A stretch of DNA of 64,000 nucleotides, taken from Candidatus Bathyarchaeota archaeon (lineage in GTDB: Archaea > Thermoproteota > Bathyarchaeia > Bathyarchaeales > Bathycorpusculaceae). The notes under the pieces were generated by a model. The model was not told the origin of the DNA and ran no database searches. It was given only the letters and a program-made list of their open reading frames with translations. This document shows positions 19,108 through 28,550 of this stretch, one piece after another. The position numbers and the translations under genes are program-made. The DNA is taken from assembly GCA_963828195.1 (NCBI GenBank), contig CAWHDT010000005.1, positions 672,001 through 736,000 of the forward strand, written 5' to 3'. Each line of letters opens with the position of its first letter. Position 1 is the stretch's first letter.

Positions 19108-22100
19108 ATGCCGAAGTTTGACTGGATAAAGAAAGTGCTGGTTCTCGGAAGCGGCGCCATAAAAATCGGTGAAGCAGCTGAATTTGACTACTCAGGAAGC
19201 CAATGTCTTAAGGCTCTGCGGGAAGAAGGCATAGAGACCGTCTTGGTTAATCCTAACATAGCCACTATTCAGACGGATCCGCGTTTATCTGGAAAAGTGT
19301 ATCTTCTCCCAGTCACACCTGAATATGTCGAAAAAGTTATAGAAAAAGAACGCCCCGACGGTATCCTCTTGGGGTTCGGCGGACAAACCGCGTTGAATTG
19401 CGGTCTTGAACTGGAGAAAAAAGGCATCCTGCAGAAATATAACGTTAAAGTTTTAGGTACTCCTGTCCACGCGATAGAGGACACCGGCGACCGAGAACGT
19501 TTTCGTCAAGCGATGCTTAAAGCAGGTGTTCCTCCGCTAAACAGCAAATCAGCAACCAGTGTAAAAGCCGCTTTGGAAGTGGCGGATGAAATTGGGTATC
19601 CAGTCATAATCAGGGTTGCCTTCACTCTCGGCGGCAAAGGTGCAGGCGTCGCTCATACTCCTGAAGAATTAAAGGATTTGGCAACTGTCGGTTTAGCCCA
19701 AAGCCGAATAAGCCAAATCCTCGTTGAAGAGTACGTTGGGCACTGGAAAGAAGTTGAATACGAAGTTATGCGGGACTACGCAGACAACTGCTTAACCGTC
19801 TGCAACATGGAAAACTTCGACCCCATGGGCGTCCACACTGGGGATTCAATAGTTGTAGCTCCCTCGCAAACAATGTCCAATCGCGAGTACCACCTTATCC
19901 GCTCAACTTCAATAAACGCCATACGCAGCTTAGGCATCGTGGGCGAATGCAACATTCAATGGGCGTTGAATACCAAATCTGAAGAGCACCGTGTAATCGA
20001 AGTTAACTCACGCATGTCCAGAAGCTCCGCCTTAGCAAGCAAAGTAACGGGGTACCCATTAGCATACATAGCCACAAAACTGACCTTGGGGTATTTGCTG
20101 CCGGAACTCATAAACAAAGTAACTGAAGTCACTACAGCTTGCTTTGAACCAGCCTTAGATTACATAACGGTGAAAATTCCCAGATGGGACCTGCAGAAAT
20201 TTAAGAATGCTGACCGACATGTTGGTCCACAGATGCGAAGCGTCGGCGAGGTGATGGCTATTGGCCGCTGTTTTGAAGAGGCACTGCAGAAAGCTGTGCG
20301 CATGTTGGACACTGGCAAGATAGGCTTAGTTTGCAACCCTGAAGATTCAGAGCCCGAAACTGAAGCGAAAATACGTGATGAACTTGCAAACCCTACGGAT
20401 GAGAGACTCTACAAGATTGTTAAAGCATTAAAAATGGGTATTCCCATAATGGAAATTTATCGTTTAAGTGGTGTTGACCCATTCTTCCTCTACAAAATTC
20501 AAAATATCATCAATATGGAAGAGGTGCTTCGCCAGCTCAATCTTGCAGATCGCTCGGCAGCAGAAGTCATTCGGGAAGCTAAACGTATAGGCTTTTCTGA
20601 TAAGCAAATTGCCAAGTGCCAATGCTCTGACGAATCCGCGATTCGAGCCTATAGGAAAACCGCAAATATTCTTCCAGTTGTCAAGCAGATTGATACTTTA
20701 GCTGCAGAGTGGCCAGCTAAAACCAACTATCTCTACCTGACTTACGGGGGAGACGAAGACGACATTGAATTAAAAAGCGGCATAAGCAAAGTTATCGTTT
20801 TGGGCGCAGGCGTCTTCAGAATAGGCTCCAGCGTAGAGTTTGACTGGTGCGGCGTCAACACCATTTGGGCGCTCAAAAAGAACGGCATTCAAGAAGCCAT
20901 AATGGTTAATTACAATCCAGAAACAGTCTCCACAGACTACGATGTCTCCGACAAACTGTATTTTGAGGAGCTTTCAACAGAACGAATCCTCGATATCTAT
21001 GAAAAAGAAAACCCCTTAGGCGTCATAACCAGCGTCGGCGGCCAAATCCCAAACAACATAGCTATGAAACTCTCCAACTTAGGAGTTAAACTGCTGGGCA
21101 CTTCAGCTGAAAACGTTGATTTAGCGGAAGACCGCTCAAAATTCAGCGCGCTATTAGATCAACTGCAGATTTCTCAGCCAAGCTGGAGCAAACTCCTCTC
21201 CATCAACGAGGCAAAACGGTTCGCCGAGAAAATCGGTTACCCCGTCATTGTGCGTCCAAGCTACGTGCTCTCCGGTTCAGCTATGCGGGTTGCCTATGAT
21301 GAAACGTCACTGGAGAATTTTCTCAAGTTAGCCGCGAAGGTTTCACCTGACCACCCAGTTGTTATCAGCAAATTCATAAATCAAGCCAAAGAAGTTGAAG
21401 TTGACGGCGTCTCAGACGGGGAAAACGTGTTAATCGGCGCCATAATGGAGCATGTTGAAAACGCGGGTGTCCACAGCGGCGACGCAACCATGACTATCCC
21501 GCCTCAAGCCTTAAAGGTTGAAGTTCAGAAGAAAATTGAGGATTGCACGTACAGCATAGTTAAAGCGCTCAACATTCATGGCCCCTTCAATATCCAGTAC
21601 CTTGTCAAAGACGACGTAGTCAACGTCATCGAATGTAACCTGCGCGCTTCACGTTCAATGCCGTTTGTAAGTAAAACACGGGGAATAAACCTCATCGAAC
21701 TCGCGACACTGGCGATGCTGGGCAAGAAAATCGACGGCGTTAAACTTTCCCCGATGACCATTGCTCCCCACGTCGGCGTTAAGGTTCCACAGTTCAGTTT
21801 CATGCGTTTAAGCGGCGCCGACCCTGTTCTCGGAGTAGAAATGCTCAGCACAGGCGAGGTTGCGTGTTTGGGCGAAAATTTCTCCGATGCCTTCTCCAAG
21901 GCTCTGCAGTCCGCAGAATTTAACATTCCAGCCAAAGACGGTGCAATTTTCATAAGTGTGGGCGGCAGCGAAGAACGTAAAAAGCGGGTTGTGCCGATAG
22001 CCAGGGCTTTTGCTAATATGGGTTTTAAAATCTACGCCACAAAGCATACAGCTAACGTTCTCAACGAGGCAGGTGTTAACGCTGCGGTGCTCTACAAAGC

Positions 22101-22383
22101 CCGAGAGGCTGAAGCTAACCCTAACATTATGGATTACCTGCAGGAACGTAAAATCGACTTAGTAATCAACGTGCCTATGGCTAATCGGCAAAACAGTTTC
22201 TCAGACATCTTAACCGACGGCTACATAATCAGGCGCCAAGCAGTAGAATTCAACGTGCCAGTCATAACGAACCTGCAGTTAGCCGCCGCGCTTGTGGAAG
22301 TGCTAAAGCAGAAGGGACAAAACGGCAACTCCATCCGCTCCTTAAACGAATACATGGACGACTTACCCTGGAAACTCTGGTAG
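19108..22383 (+). CDS. carB: Carbamoyl-phosphate synthase large subunit
   Basis: EFDYSGSQ, GVHTGDS, GVHSGDA; two ATP-grasp halves and an MGS domain. Confidence 0.97.
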   Translation: MPKFDWIKKVLVLGSGAIKIGEAAEFDYSGSQCLKALREEGIETVLVNPNIATIQTDPRLSGKVYLLPVTPEYVEKVIEKERPDGILLGFGGQTALNCGLELEKKGILQKYNVKVLGTPVHAIEDTGDRERFRQAMLKAGVPPLNSKSATSVKAALEVADEIGYPVIIRVAFTLGGKGAGVAHTPEELKDLATVGLAQSRISQILVEEYVGHWKEVEYEVMRDYADNCLTVCNMENFDPMGVHTGDSIVVAPSQTMSNREYHLIRSTSINAIRSLGIVGECNIQWALNTKSEEHRVIEVNSRMSRSSALASKVTGYPLAYIATKLTLGYLLPELINKVTEVTTACFEPALDYITVKIPRWDLQKFKNADRHVGPQMRSVGEVMAIGRCFEEALQKAVRMLDTGKIGLVCNPEDSEPETEAKIRDELANPTDERLYKIVKALKMGIPIMEIYRLSGVDPFFLYKIQNIINMEEVLRQLNLADRSAAEVIREAKRIGFSDKQIAKCQCSDESAIRAYRKTANILPVVKQIDTLAAEWPAKTNYLYLTYGGDEDDIELKSGISKVIVLGAGVFRIGSSVEFDWCGVNTIWALKKNGIQEAIMVNYNPETVSTDYDVSDKLYFEELSTERILDIYEKENPLGVITSVGGQIPNNIAMKLSNLGVKLLGTSAENVDLAEDRSKFSALLDQLQISQPSWSKLLSINEAKRFAEKIGYPVIVRPSYVLSGSAMRVAYDETSLENFLKLAAKVSPDHPVVISKFINQAKEVEVDGVSDGENVLIGAIMEHVENAGVHSGDATMTIPPQALKVEVQKKIEDCTYSIVKALNIHGPFNIQYLVKDDVVNVIECNLRASRSMPFVSKTRGINLIELATLAMLGKKIDGVKLSPMTIAPHVGVKVPQFSFMRLSGADPVLGVEMLSTGEVACLGENFSDAFSKALQSAEFNIPAKDGAIFISVGGSEERKKRVVPIARAFANMGFKIYATKHTANVLNEAGVNAAVLYKAREAEANPNIMDYLQERKIDLVINVPMANRQNSFSDILTDGYIIRRQAVEFNVPVITNLQLAAALVEVLKQKGQNGNSIRSLNEYMDDLPWKLW

Positions 22384-22387
22384 GTTC

Positions 22388-22533
22388 TTTCGCAGCGTTG
22401 ACAAAGTGGTTGGTTGCGCTTTTTTCTTTTTTGGAAGAAGAAAAATTAATTTTGTTTTTGGATGCGGTTGTGCCCGTTTGCTTTTTTGCGGCAAAGCTTA
22501 AATCGCTCGCAGGCTGCGTACTGAAAAGTACCA
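22388..22533 (+). repeat. ~146-bp non-coding repeat, copy 2
   Basis: Inverted match to 10458-10603; T-rich tract, then aagcttaaat and gcaggctgcgtac. Confidence 0.9.
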
Positions 22534-22573
22534 GAAAGTACCCTTGCGTACCTGCGCATACCCAAAAGTACCC
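22518..22573 (+). repeat. 10-bp-period (G/A)TAC(C) array upstream of the AbrB-like gene
   Basis: gta|ctgaaaagta|ccagaaagta|cccttgcgta|cctgcgcata|cccaaaagta|ccc. Confidence 0.75.
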
Positions 22574-22591
22574 AGGTAAGAGAGGATAAAG

Positions 22592-22870
22592 TTGCCGCTA
22601 ACACAAAAAGTCACCTTCAGAACAATGCTGCAGAAGAAAAATCGGTTTCAAGTGCCAAAACTGGTCCGCTGGCAGTACAAGCTGGAGACCTCCGAAACCC
22701 TAAAAGTCCACGTAAGCGTCATCCGCCAGTTTGGATCGCACGAGAGTTTTTACGCTAAAATGCAGAAAAGCGGACGCATAACCATCCCAAAAATCACGCT
22801 AGCCCTGCCAAAAAATGACAAGCCCACCCTCGAAGGATACCCTATAGAAGTCACCTTGGAACCAGCGTAA
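22592..22870 (+). CDS. Tandem AbrB/MraZ-like swapped-hairpin DNA-binding protein
   Basis: Two AbrB-like motifs, LQKKNRFQVPKLVR and MQKSGRITIPK; TTG start after GAGGA. Confidence 0.7.
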   Translation: MPLTQKVTFRTMLQKKNRFQVPKLVRWQYKLETSETLKVHVSVIRQFGSHESFYAKMQKSGRITIPKITLALPKNDKPTLEGYPIEVTLEPA

Positions 22871-22979
22871 ATTGCAGGTTACGCGCGCTTCCAATCAAAA
22901 AAGTGGGTAAACCATTTGGTCGCTTGGTTAACGCTGTCTTCTTGCGGAGAAACTCAACTGTCTTGGCTGCAGCGTCTAA

Positions 22980-23084
22980 TTATAAAATCACAACTATGGC
23001 AATAACCAAGACAATAACTACAACTGTGAGTATCTTATTTGCCTTTTCCAATCTTTTAACCGTATTTTCTAAGGAATTTTCCAT
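22980..23084 (-). CDS. 34-aa coiled-coil + TM microprotein
   Basis: MENSLENTVKRLEKANKILTVVVIVLVIAIVVIL*; GGAG upstream; below the ORF-track cutoff. Confidence 0.55.
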   Translation of the reverse strand: MENSLENTVKRLEKANKILTVVVIVLVIAIVVIL

Positions 23085-23123
23085 TTTTCACGTCTCCATC
23101 CATTTAAAGATTTTCCGTCATTT

Positions 23124-23417
23124 TCAGAATAAGAAAATGATAACCAAGACAAGGAGCACTACCGATAAACCTACAGCTATGTAGCTTAACTGCTCGTTTC
23201 TTTTCAAAGCTTTTTCAAGCCTACTCGATAGTTGAGAATCGGAGTTTCCGCTTGACCATGAAGTGGAACCAGAATTTGAAGATTGACCAGATGAACTTGT
23301 TTGAGACTGAAAGGTATTAGACGCCTGAGGCTGAGTAGAAACTAGTGAACCTCCACATTTACCGCAGGCAATTGCGCCATCAGGAACGGTCGCGCCACAA
23401 TAAGGACAGGTAGGCAT
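23124..23417 (-). CDS. Zinc-ribbon, Ser-rich, C-terminally TM-anchored protein
   Basis: CPYCG...CGKCG, Ser/Gln linker, hydrophobic C-terminus. Confidence 0.75.
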   Translation of the reverse strand: MPTCPYCGATVPDGAIACGKCGGSLVSTQPQASNTFQSQTSSSGQSSNSGSTSWSSGNSDSQLSSRLEKALKRNEQLSYIAVGLSVVLLVLVIIFLF

Positions 23418-23648
23418 TCAAATCAACATCCATTACTAAACCAATTTACAACTGTGTTTCAACAACCAAGCGGTAATATATAAACAATACTTTCCGCGGT
23501 TTCGGGTAACTTCATCCGCAAGGGTTTTTTGTTAAAAGGCGCATAAACTCATTACGTGGTGACTTGGGATTGGATTGTTTTTTGCAGATGTCAGCGCAAC
23601 ATTCTAAGGGGAGATCTTCATTACGGTACATTACCGCACCTGATTGAC

Positions 23649-23774
23649 ATGGTCAAGTGTCCTAAATGTGGCAAAGACATTGCTGAACCCGATAAGTCAT
23701 TTAAAAACAGGATTTTTTCTGTTGAAACATACTCATGCAAGGAATGCGGAACCAAATTCAAAGTGACGGATTAA
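23649..23774 (+). CDS. 41-aa zinc-ribbon protein
   Basis: MVKCPKCG...YSCKECGTKF. Confidence 0.65.
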   Translation: MVKCPKCGKDIAEPDKSFKNRIFSVETYSCKECGTKFKVTD

Positions 23775-23863
23775 ACCAAAAGTTTTTAGATGCTTGGTTA
23801 CTTAACTTAAAATTATTTTTTTTTCGATTTACCATTTACTCCTTAAACCTTTAAAACGAAATT

Positions 23864-25933
23864 TTAGTGTTTTTCCTGTTTCACTCCTAGCTGCTCAAGC
23901 ATCGCCATTATGCTGTTTGTGGGAGGAAGACATGTTTGGTCGCGGCAGACGTAGGCGGTTGCTTTGCCTTCAATTTGCGGGTAGCCAAAGCCAGCTTTGT
24001 CAGGGTGCTTTAGCGCAATAACTGCGTTTGGCAGATACTGCTTTCTTATTGACTTCAACATTTCTTGTGTTTCGGTCTCCTTCAAATCGCCAATTATGGT
24101 CACGCTGTAGGATGAGCCGATAAGTAAGGCAGCTGTAGAGAGGAAGAAAGTGTAAGCTTCAGGCGCACCCTCTATTTCTTGCGCGAATGTTTTGGTCATT
24201 TGAGCCGCCATCACGTCGTTTGCGGGTTCATCGGTTAAACGGCTGAGCCACACCAGGTCCAGTAGCGCTACCGAGTTGCCTGATGGAGTTGCGCCGTCGT
24301 ATAACTGCTTGATTTTTGGCGTGGCAGCCTCGCTATTTTGCGTTTGGTAAAACCCGCCGTTCTTTTGATCCCAAAATTTAGTCACCATGTTTTTCGTTAA
24401 AGAGGACGCGGCTTGGAGATATTTTTCTTCGTAGGTTGCTTCATAGAGCTCAATTAGGCCAAATATGAAGAAGGCGTAGTCGTCCAGAAAAGCTTCAACG
24501 GCAGTTTCGCCTTTTGCGTAGCGGTGATAGAGCACGCCACTTTTGAACATCTCGGTCAGGATGAAGTCGGTTGTTTTCTTTGCAGCGTCCACATACTTTG
24601 CTTCGTTGAGAACACTGCCTGCTTTTGCCAAGGCTGCGATCATTAAGCCGTTCCAGTCAGTTAAAACTTTATCATCTATTGCCGGAGGCACCCGTTTTTT
24701 TCTTGCCTCAAAAAGCGCCTCCCTTATGCCGTGCACGCGTTCTATGAGTTCTTGCAGGGTTAAGCCTTTGTAGGGCGCAAGCTCCTCTAAAGATTCGGCG
24801 ATGTGCAGTATGTTTTTGCCGCTTTGTCTTCCGGCTTCAATGAAGTTGCCTTCTGGCCGCAGCCCATATATGTGGACTGCTAATTCCGCGTCGGCAGGGG
24901 ACAGGGTGTCGAGTACTTCGTCTAGGGTCCACAGGTAGAATTTGCCTTCTTCGCCCTCTGTGTCAGCATCTTGCGCTGAGTAAAATCCGCCTTGAGGCGC
25001 CGCTAAATCGCGTAGAACATAATCCATTGTTTCATGGGCTGCTAATGCATAGCGTTTGGCGCCTGTCCCCTGAAACGTTTCTATGTAAGCCATTGCTATT
25101 AGCGCTTGGTCGTAGAGCATTTTTTCAAAGTGGGGAACCAGCCATTTTTCGTCGGTGCTGTATCTGTGGAAGCCAAAACCCAGTTGATCGTATATGCCGC
25201 CTAGACGCATTTGCTGAAGCGTTTTTTCGACCATAGCAAGCGCGTTATCGTTCCCTGTCCGCGCATAGTGGCGCAGCAGAAATAGGAGGTTGTGCGGTCT
25301 TGGGAATTTCGGTGCCGTGCCAAAGCCGCCGTTTTCTTTGTCAAAATCCAAGGTTAAGCGGTCGTAAGCGTCTTGGAGGACGTCTTTGCCGAGTTCTTGC
25401 GGAGTTCTAGTTTCCATCGCTTCTATGCGGCTCTTTATGTCTGCTCCCACAATTTCCAGTTGAGAACGCTGCAGTTTCCATATCTGCATTACTTGAGGAA
25501 TAAGATCCAGCATGCCCGTCAAGCCTCTTCCGTTGTGTTTTGGGATGTAGCTTGCGGCGAAAAACGGGTTAAGTTTGGGCGTCATGAGTATGTTCAGTGG
25601 CCAACCGCAGTTCCTGCCCATAGCTTGACAGACAGCCATGTATGCTGCGTCTAAGTCTGGTCTTTCTTCTCGGTCAACTTTAACGCAGACAAACGCTTGG
25701 TTGAGCAGGTCTGCAACTTCCTTATCGCTGAAGCATTCTTCTTCCATAACGTGGCACCAGTGGCAGCTGGAGTAGCCTATGCTCACGAAAAGGGGTTTGT
25801 CCTCAGCTTTCGCTTTTTCTAAGGCTTCTTGACCCCACGGGTACCAGTCAACGGGGTTGTAAGCGTGCTGGAGAAGATAGGGGCTTTTTTCTTTAATCAG
25901 CCTGTTCGGCTTGTTTTCTATGTTTGGCTGCAA
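23864..25933 (-). CDS. YyaL/SSP411 family thioredoxin-domain protein
   Basis: [50 protein letters not shown]. Confidence 0.92.
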   Translation of the reverse strand: MQPNIENKPNRLIKEKSPYLLQHAYNPVDWYPWGQEALEKAKAEDKPLFVSIGYSSCHWCHVMEEECFSDKEVADLLNQAFVCVKVDREERPDLDAAYMAVCQAMGRNCGWPLNILMTPKLNPFFAASYIPKHNGRGLTGMLDLIPQVMQIWKLQRSQLEIVGADIKSRIEAMETRTPQELGKDVLQDAYDRLTLDFDKENGGFGTAPKFPRPHNLLFLLRHYARTGNDNALAMVEKTLQQMRLGGIYDQLGFGFHRYSTDEKWLVPHFEKMLYDQALIAMAYIETFQGTGAKRYALAAHETMDYVLRDLAAPQGGFYSAQDADTEGEEGKFYLWTLDEVLDTLSPADAELAVHIYGLRPEGNFIEAGRQSGKNILHIAESLEELAPYKGLTLQELIERVHGIREALFEARKKRVPPAIDDKVLTDWNGLMIAALAKAGSVLNEAKYVDAAKKTTDFILTEMFKSGVLYHRYAKGETAVEAFLDDYAFFIFGLIELYEATYEEKYLQAASSLTKNMVTKFWDQKNGGFYQTQNSEAATPKIKQLYDGATPSGNSVALLDLVWLSRLTDEPANDVMAAQMTKTFAQEIEGAPEAYTFFLSTAALLIGSSYSVTIIGDLKETETQEMLKSIRKQYLPNAVIALKHPDKAGFGYPQIEGKATAYVCRDQTCLPPTNSIMAMLEQLGVKQEKH

Positions 25934-26090
25934 AAACGTATCCTTCCTACTACAATTACTTACTGCACACGTTTTTATTAAACTGTTCGAGTACGAGCAG
26001 GTGGGTCATTTTTTTCCATTTTGTTTTGTTTGTTGTGCGTTGGGTTGCTTTTTTGGTTTAGCGTTTGTTTTTTTGGCAGGTTGCGTTTTT

Positions 26091-26150
26091 TCCCGTTCGC
26101 TTCCGTCGCATTCCGTTGTATCCCGTTGCGCCCCGTTTACCAGCGTTTAT
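26091..26150 (+). repeat. Six degenerate 10-bp tandem units with a CCGT core
   Basis: tcccgttcgc|ttccgtcgca|ttccgttgta|tcccgttgcg|ccccgtttac|cagcgtttat. Confidence 0.7.
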
Positions 26151-26324
26151 CGTCATCGCGTGCAATCGATGAGTTGGAAAATAGTACGCCGATTGCTGAA
26201 AAAGTCAGGAGGGTGCCGACGCCAGAGCAATAAAATGGGTTTTCTAAAATGAAAGATTTGGATATGTACAAGTGCTCTTAATTGCTGCTTCATAACAGAT
26301 AAATCGATTTTAGCCGATATACCG

Positions 26325-26525
26325 ATGGTTACATTCATGGTCGCTATAGGTAGCAATTCAGAAATTCCCTGTTCTGCCTGCCACAAGTGGGACACAAAGG
26401 CGAAAAAGTTCTCATGTAAACCAGGCGAATGCCAAATGCTCTCCCAATGGCTTCTTGACCACGCCCAAAGAGAGCCTACGAAAAACATGCAATTCGTGGT
26501 AGCACCAATACAATATGTGGTTTAA
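26325..26525 (+). CDS. Small Cys-rich hypothetical protein
   Basis: PCSACHKWD...FSCKPGEC..LSQWL; four-Cys pattern. Confidence 0.6.
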   Translation: MVTFMVAIGSNSEIPCSACHKWDTKAKKFSCKPGECQMLSQWLLDHAQREPTKNMQFVVAPIQYVV

Positions 26526-26559
26526 AAATTTCCTTAAACTAGTTCTCTTTCCAATGTTT

Positions 26560-26904
26560 TTATTTTTTTGTTAAGGTTTCTGGGTCGATCGGGTTTGGTT
26601 TTCCATTTTTGTCCATCACATATAACTGAAAGTCGTATTCTTTGCAGTAGTTTTTAAAATCGCGGTATTGGGTTTTGTTGCCTTCAAAATCTTTCTCACT
26701 GACTATTTGACAGACCCGTTTTAGGCAACCCTTATGCGCTATAACGTCTGGGATGACACCGCCGATTTCAGAAGGTTTCTCCCAACCCTGAGTATTCGCT
26801 TTTACCAGCCAATTGTCCTTTTTGAGGTCTTCAGCAATAGTTCTTACGCATTGGTCATGGGTTTTTGGTTCTTCAGGTTTTTTCTTTGCCAATTCTACCA
26901 CCAT
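26560..26904 (-). CDS. Hypothetical protein, possible restriction-endonuclease-like fold
   Basis: THDQCV...IPDVIAHK...CQIVS resembles a degenerate PD-(D/E)xK pattern. Confidence 0.55.
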   Translation of the reverse strand: MVVELAKKKPEEPKTHDQCVRTIAEDLKKDNWLVKANTQGWEKPSEIGGVIPDVIAHKGCLKRVCQIVSEKDFEGNKTQYRDFKNYCKEYDFQLYVMDKNGKPNPIDPETLTKK

Positions 26905-27145
26905 ATTAATCTAATATTGGGAGTGTTTAATTAAAGGTTTGAAAAATAGACTTCAACTTATCCGATAAAAACAATTTGTCATTGTCCCCAGCGAGCATTT
27001 ATCTGCTTTTTGCATTATTTATTTTTGATTATGTAATTCTATGTTAATATACATACCTCTATTGATTTTATATATAGTCTATAGGGTTTATGGAGAACAC
27101 ACTCTTATAATAAAGACTAAATAGGCTTAATCGAAGGTTAAAAAA

Positions 27146-28483
27146 ATGAAAAGCACATATATAATTATTGCAGCAATCGTCGTAATCATCGTCATCGTCG
27201 GAGGCGTCTTCGCTTACATATCTCTATCAGGCTCATCAAATGCGACACCGACAGCAACTCCGACAACAGCGCCAACAGCAACACCTACGACTGCGCCAAC
27301 AGCAACACCAACAACGGCCCCAACAGCAACACCCAAAGCTACAACAACACCTACTTCAACACCAACTCCAACAACAACCCCAACTCCGACAACAACGCCA
27401 CTAGCCACAGCAACAATAAACGGGGGCGGAGGTACACTTGTCGCCCCGCTAATGTCTGTTTGGCAAGGCGCCTACGGGTCAGCCGAACCGCAAATAACAG
27501 TTAACTACAATGCAGAAGGAAGCGGCGCGGGAATTACTGATTTTAAGAATCAAGTAGTCAATTTCGGTGAATCAGATGCACCTATGACCGCAGCACAGTA
27601 CGCGGCACTTCCCTCAGGCACAACCGCATTAACAATCCCAATAACCGCAAGCGCAGTGGTGCCAGCATATAATCTAAAGCTTCTCAACGGTTCAATTTGT
27701 CAGAATGGCCTTAATTTCACTGGCACAGTTCTTGCAAATATTTTCTTGGGAACTGTAACAACTTGGAATGACCCTTCAATCCTAGCTTTACAAAGTCCAG
27801 ACGTGGCAGCTCAATTGCCTAGTACGCCTATAATCACTGTTCACCGATCTGACGGAAGCGGAACCATGTTCGCCTTCAGCGATTTCTTATCTGACTCAAG
27901 CTCGCAATTTAAGACAACCATTGGAGAGAGCACAACCCCTAATTGGGTAACTACTTCAGGCGGTACTATAGCAGCTCCCAAAAATGCCGGTGTAGCAGCA
28001 GCCATTTCCGGAAATAATGGAGCAATCGGTCCACTTGAAATAGCCTATATACTCGAGAATACAGGTCAAACCTCACTTTACTACGGCACTGTCGAAAATG
28101 CCGCAAGCAACTTCATCTTAGCTAACGTAACAAACATTGCAGCAGCCCTTTCAGCCGGAGCCTCTACAGGTCTTCCAGCAGGAAGTGCCTCATGGACAAG
28201 CGTATCAATAGTCAACAACATATTCAGCAATACATCAGCCACAACTGTGTATCCCATTGCAACCATGACCTATGCGCTAGTATATCAAAACCAGACTCCA
28301 TCAACCATAACTAACGCTGCCTCAGCCGCAGCTCTCGTCAACTTCCTACAGTGGATTGTAAGCCCCGCCGGTCAATCATTAGGATCAGGTTTAGGATACG
28401 TTCCGTTGCCAGCCAACGTAGTCGCAGTAGACACAGCATCAATCGATACAATAACCTACAACGGTGGAGCACCAATAGTTTAG
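27146..28483 (+). CDS. pstS: Phosphate ABC transporter substrate-binding protein
   Basis: N-terminal TM anchor, Thr/Pro linker, GSGAGI, VHRSDGSGT, YPIA. Confidence 0.92.
   Translation: MKSTYIIIAAIVVIIVIVGGVFAYISLSGSSNATPTATPTTAPTATPTTAPTATPTTAPTATPKATTTPTSTPTPTTTPTPTTTPLATATINGGGGTLVAPLMSVWQGAYGSAEPQITVNYNAEGSGAGITDFKNQVVNFGESDAPMTAAQYAALPSGTTALTIPITASAVVPAYNLKLLNGSICQNGLNFTGTVLANIFLGTVTTWNDPSILALQSPDVAAQLPSTPIITVHRSDGSGTMFAFSDFLSDSSSQFKTTIGESTTPNWVTTSGGTIAAPKNAGVAAAISGNNGAIGPLEIAYILENTGQTSLYYGTVENAASNFILANVTNIAAALSAGASTGLPAGSASWTSVSIVNNIFSNTSATTVYPIATMTYALVYQNQTPSTITNAASAAALVNFLQWIVSPAGQSLGSGLGYVPLPANVVAVDTASIDTITYNGGAPIV
27249..27400 (+). repeat. Thr/Pro-rich (TATPTTAP)n coding repeat in the pstS linker
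   Basis: Three TATPTTAP units followed by TPT repeats. Confidence 0.8.
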
Positions 28484-28518
28484 CTATAATTTAATAGCTA
28501 TTCTTCCCTATCTTTTTT
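28481..28518 (+). terminator. Hairpin and T-tract after pstS
   Basis: tagctat-aattta-atagcta inverted repeat followed by a pyrimidine/T run. Confidence 0.4.
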
Positions 28519-28550
28519 AAATTAACCCAAAAATACTGAGGACCGCAAAA

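Noticed and set aside
22518-22573. Short arrays here and at 26091-26150 as CRISPR
   Set aside because: 10-bp period without unique spacers; no cas genes in the window.
26358-26390. CSACH as a c-type heme motif
   Set aside because: No signal peptide, and two further Cys suggest a zinc site.
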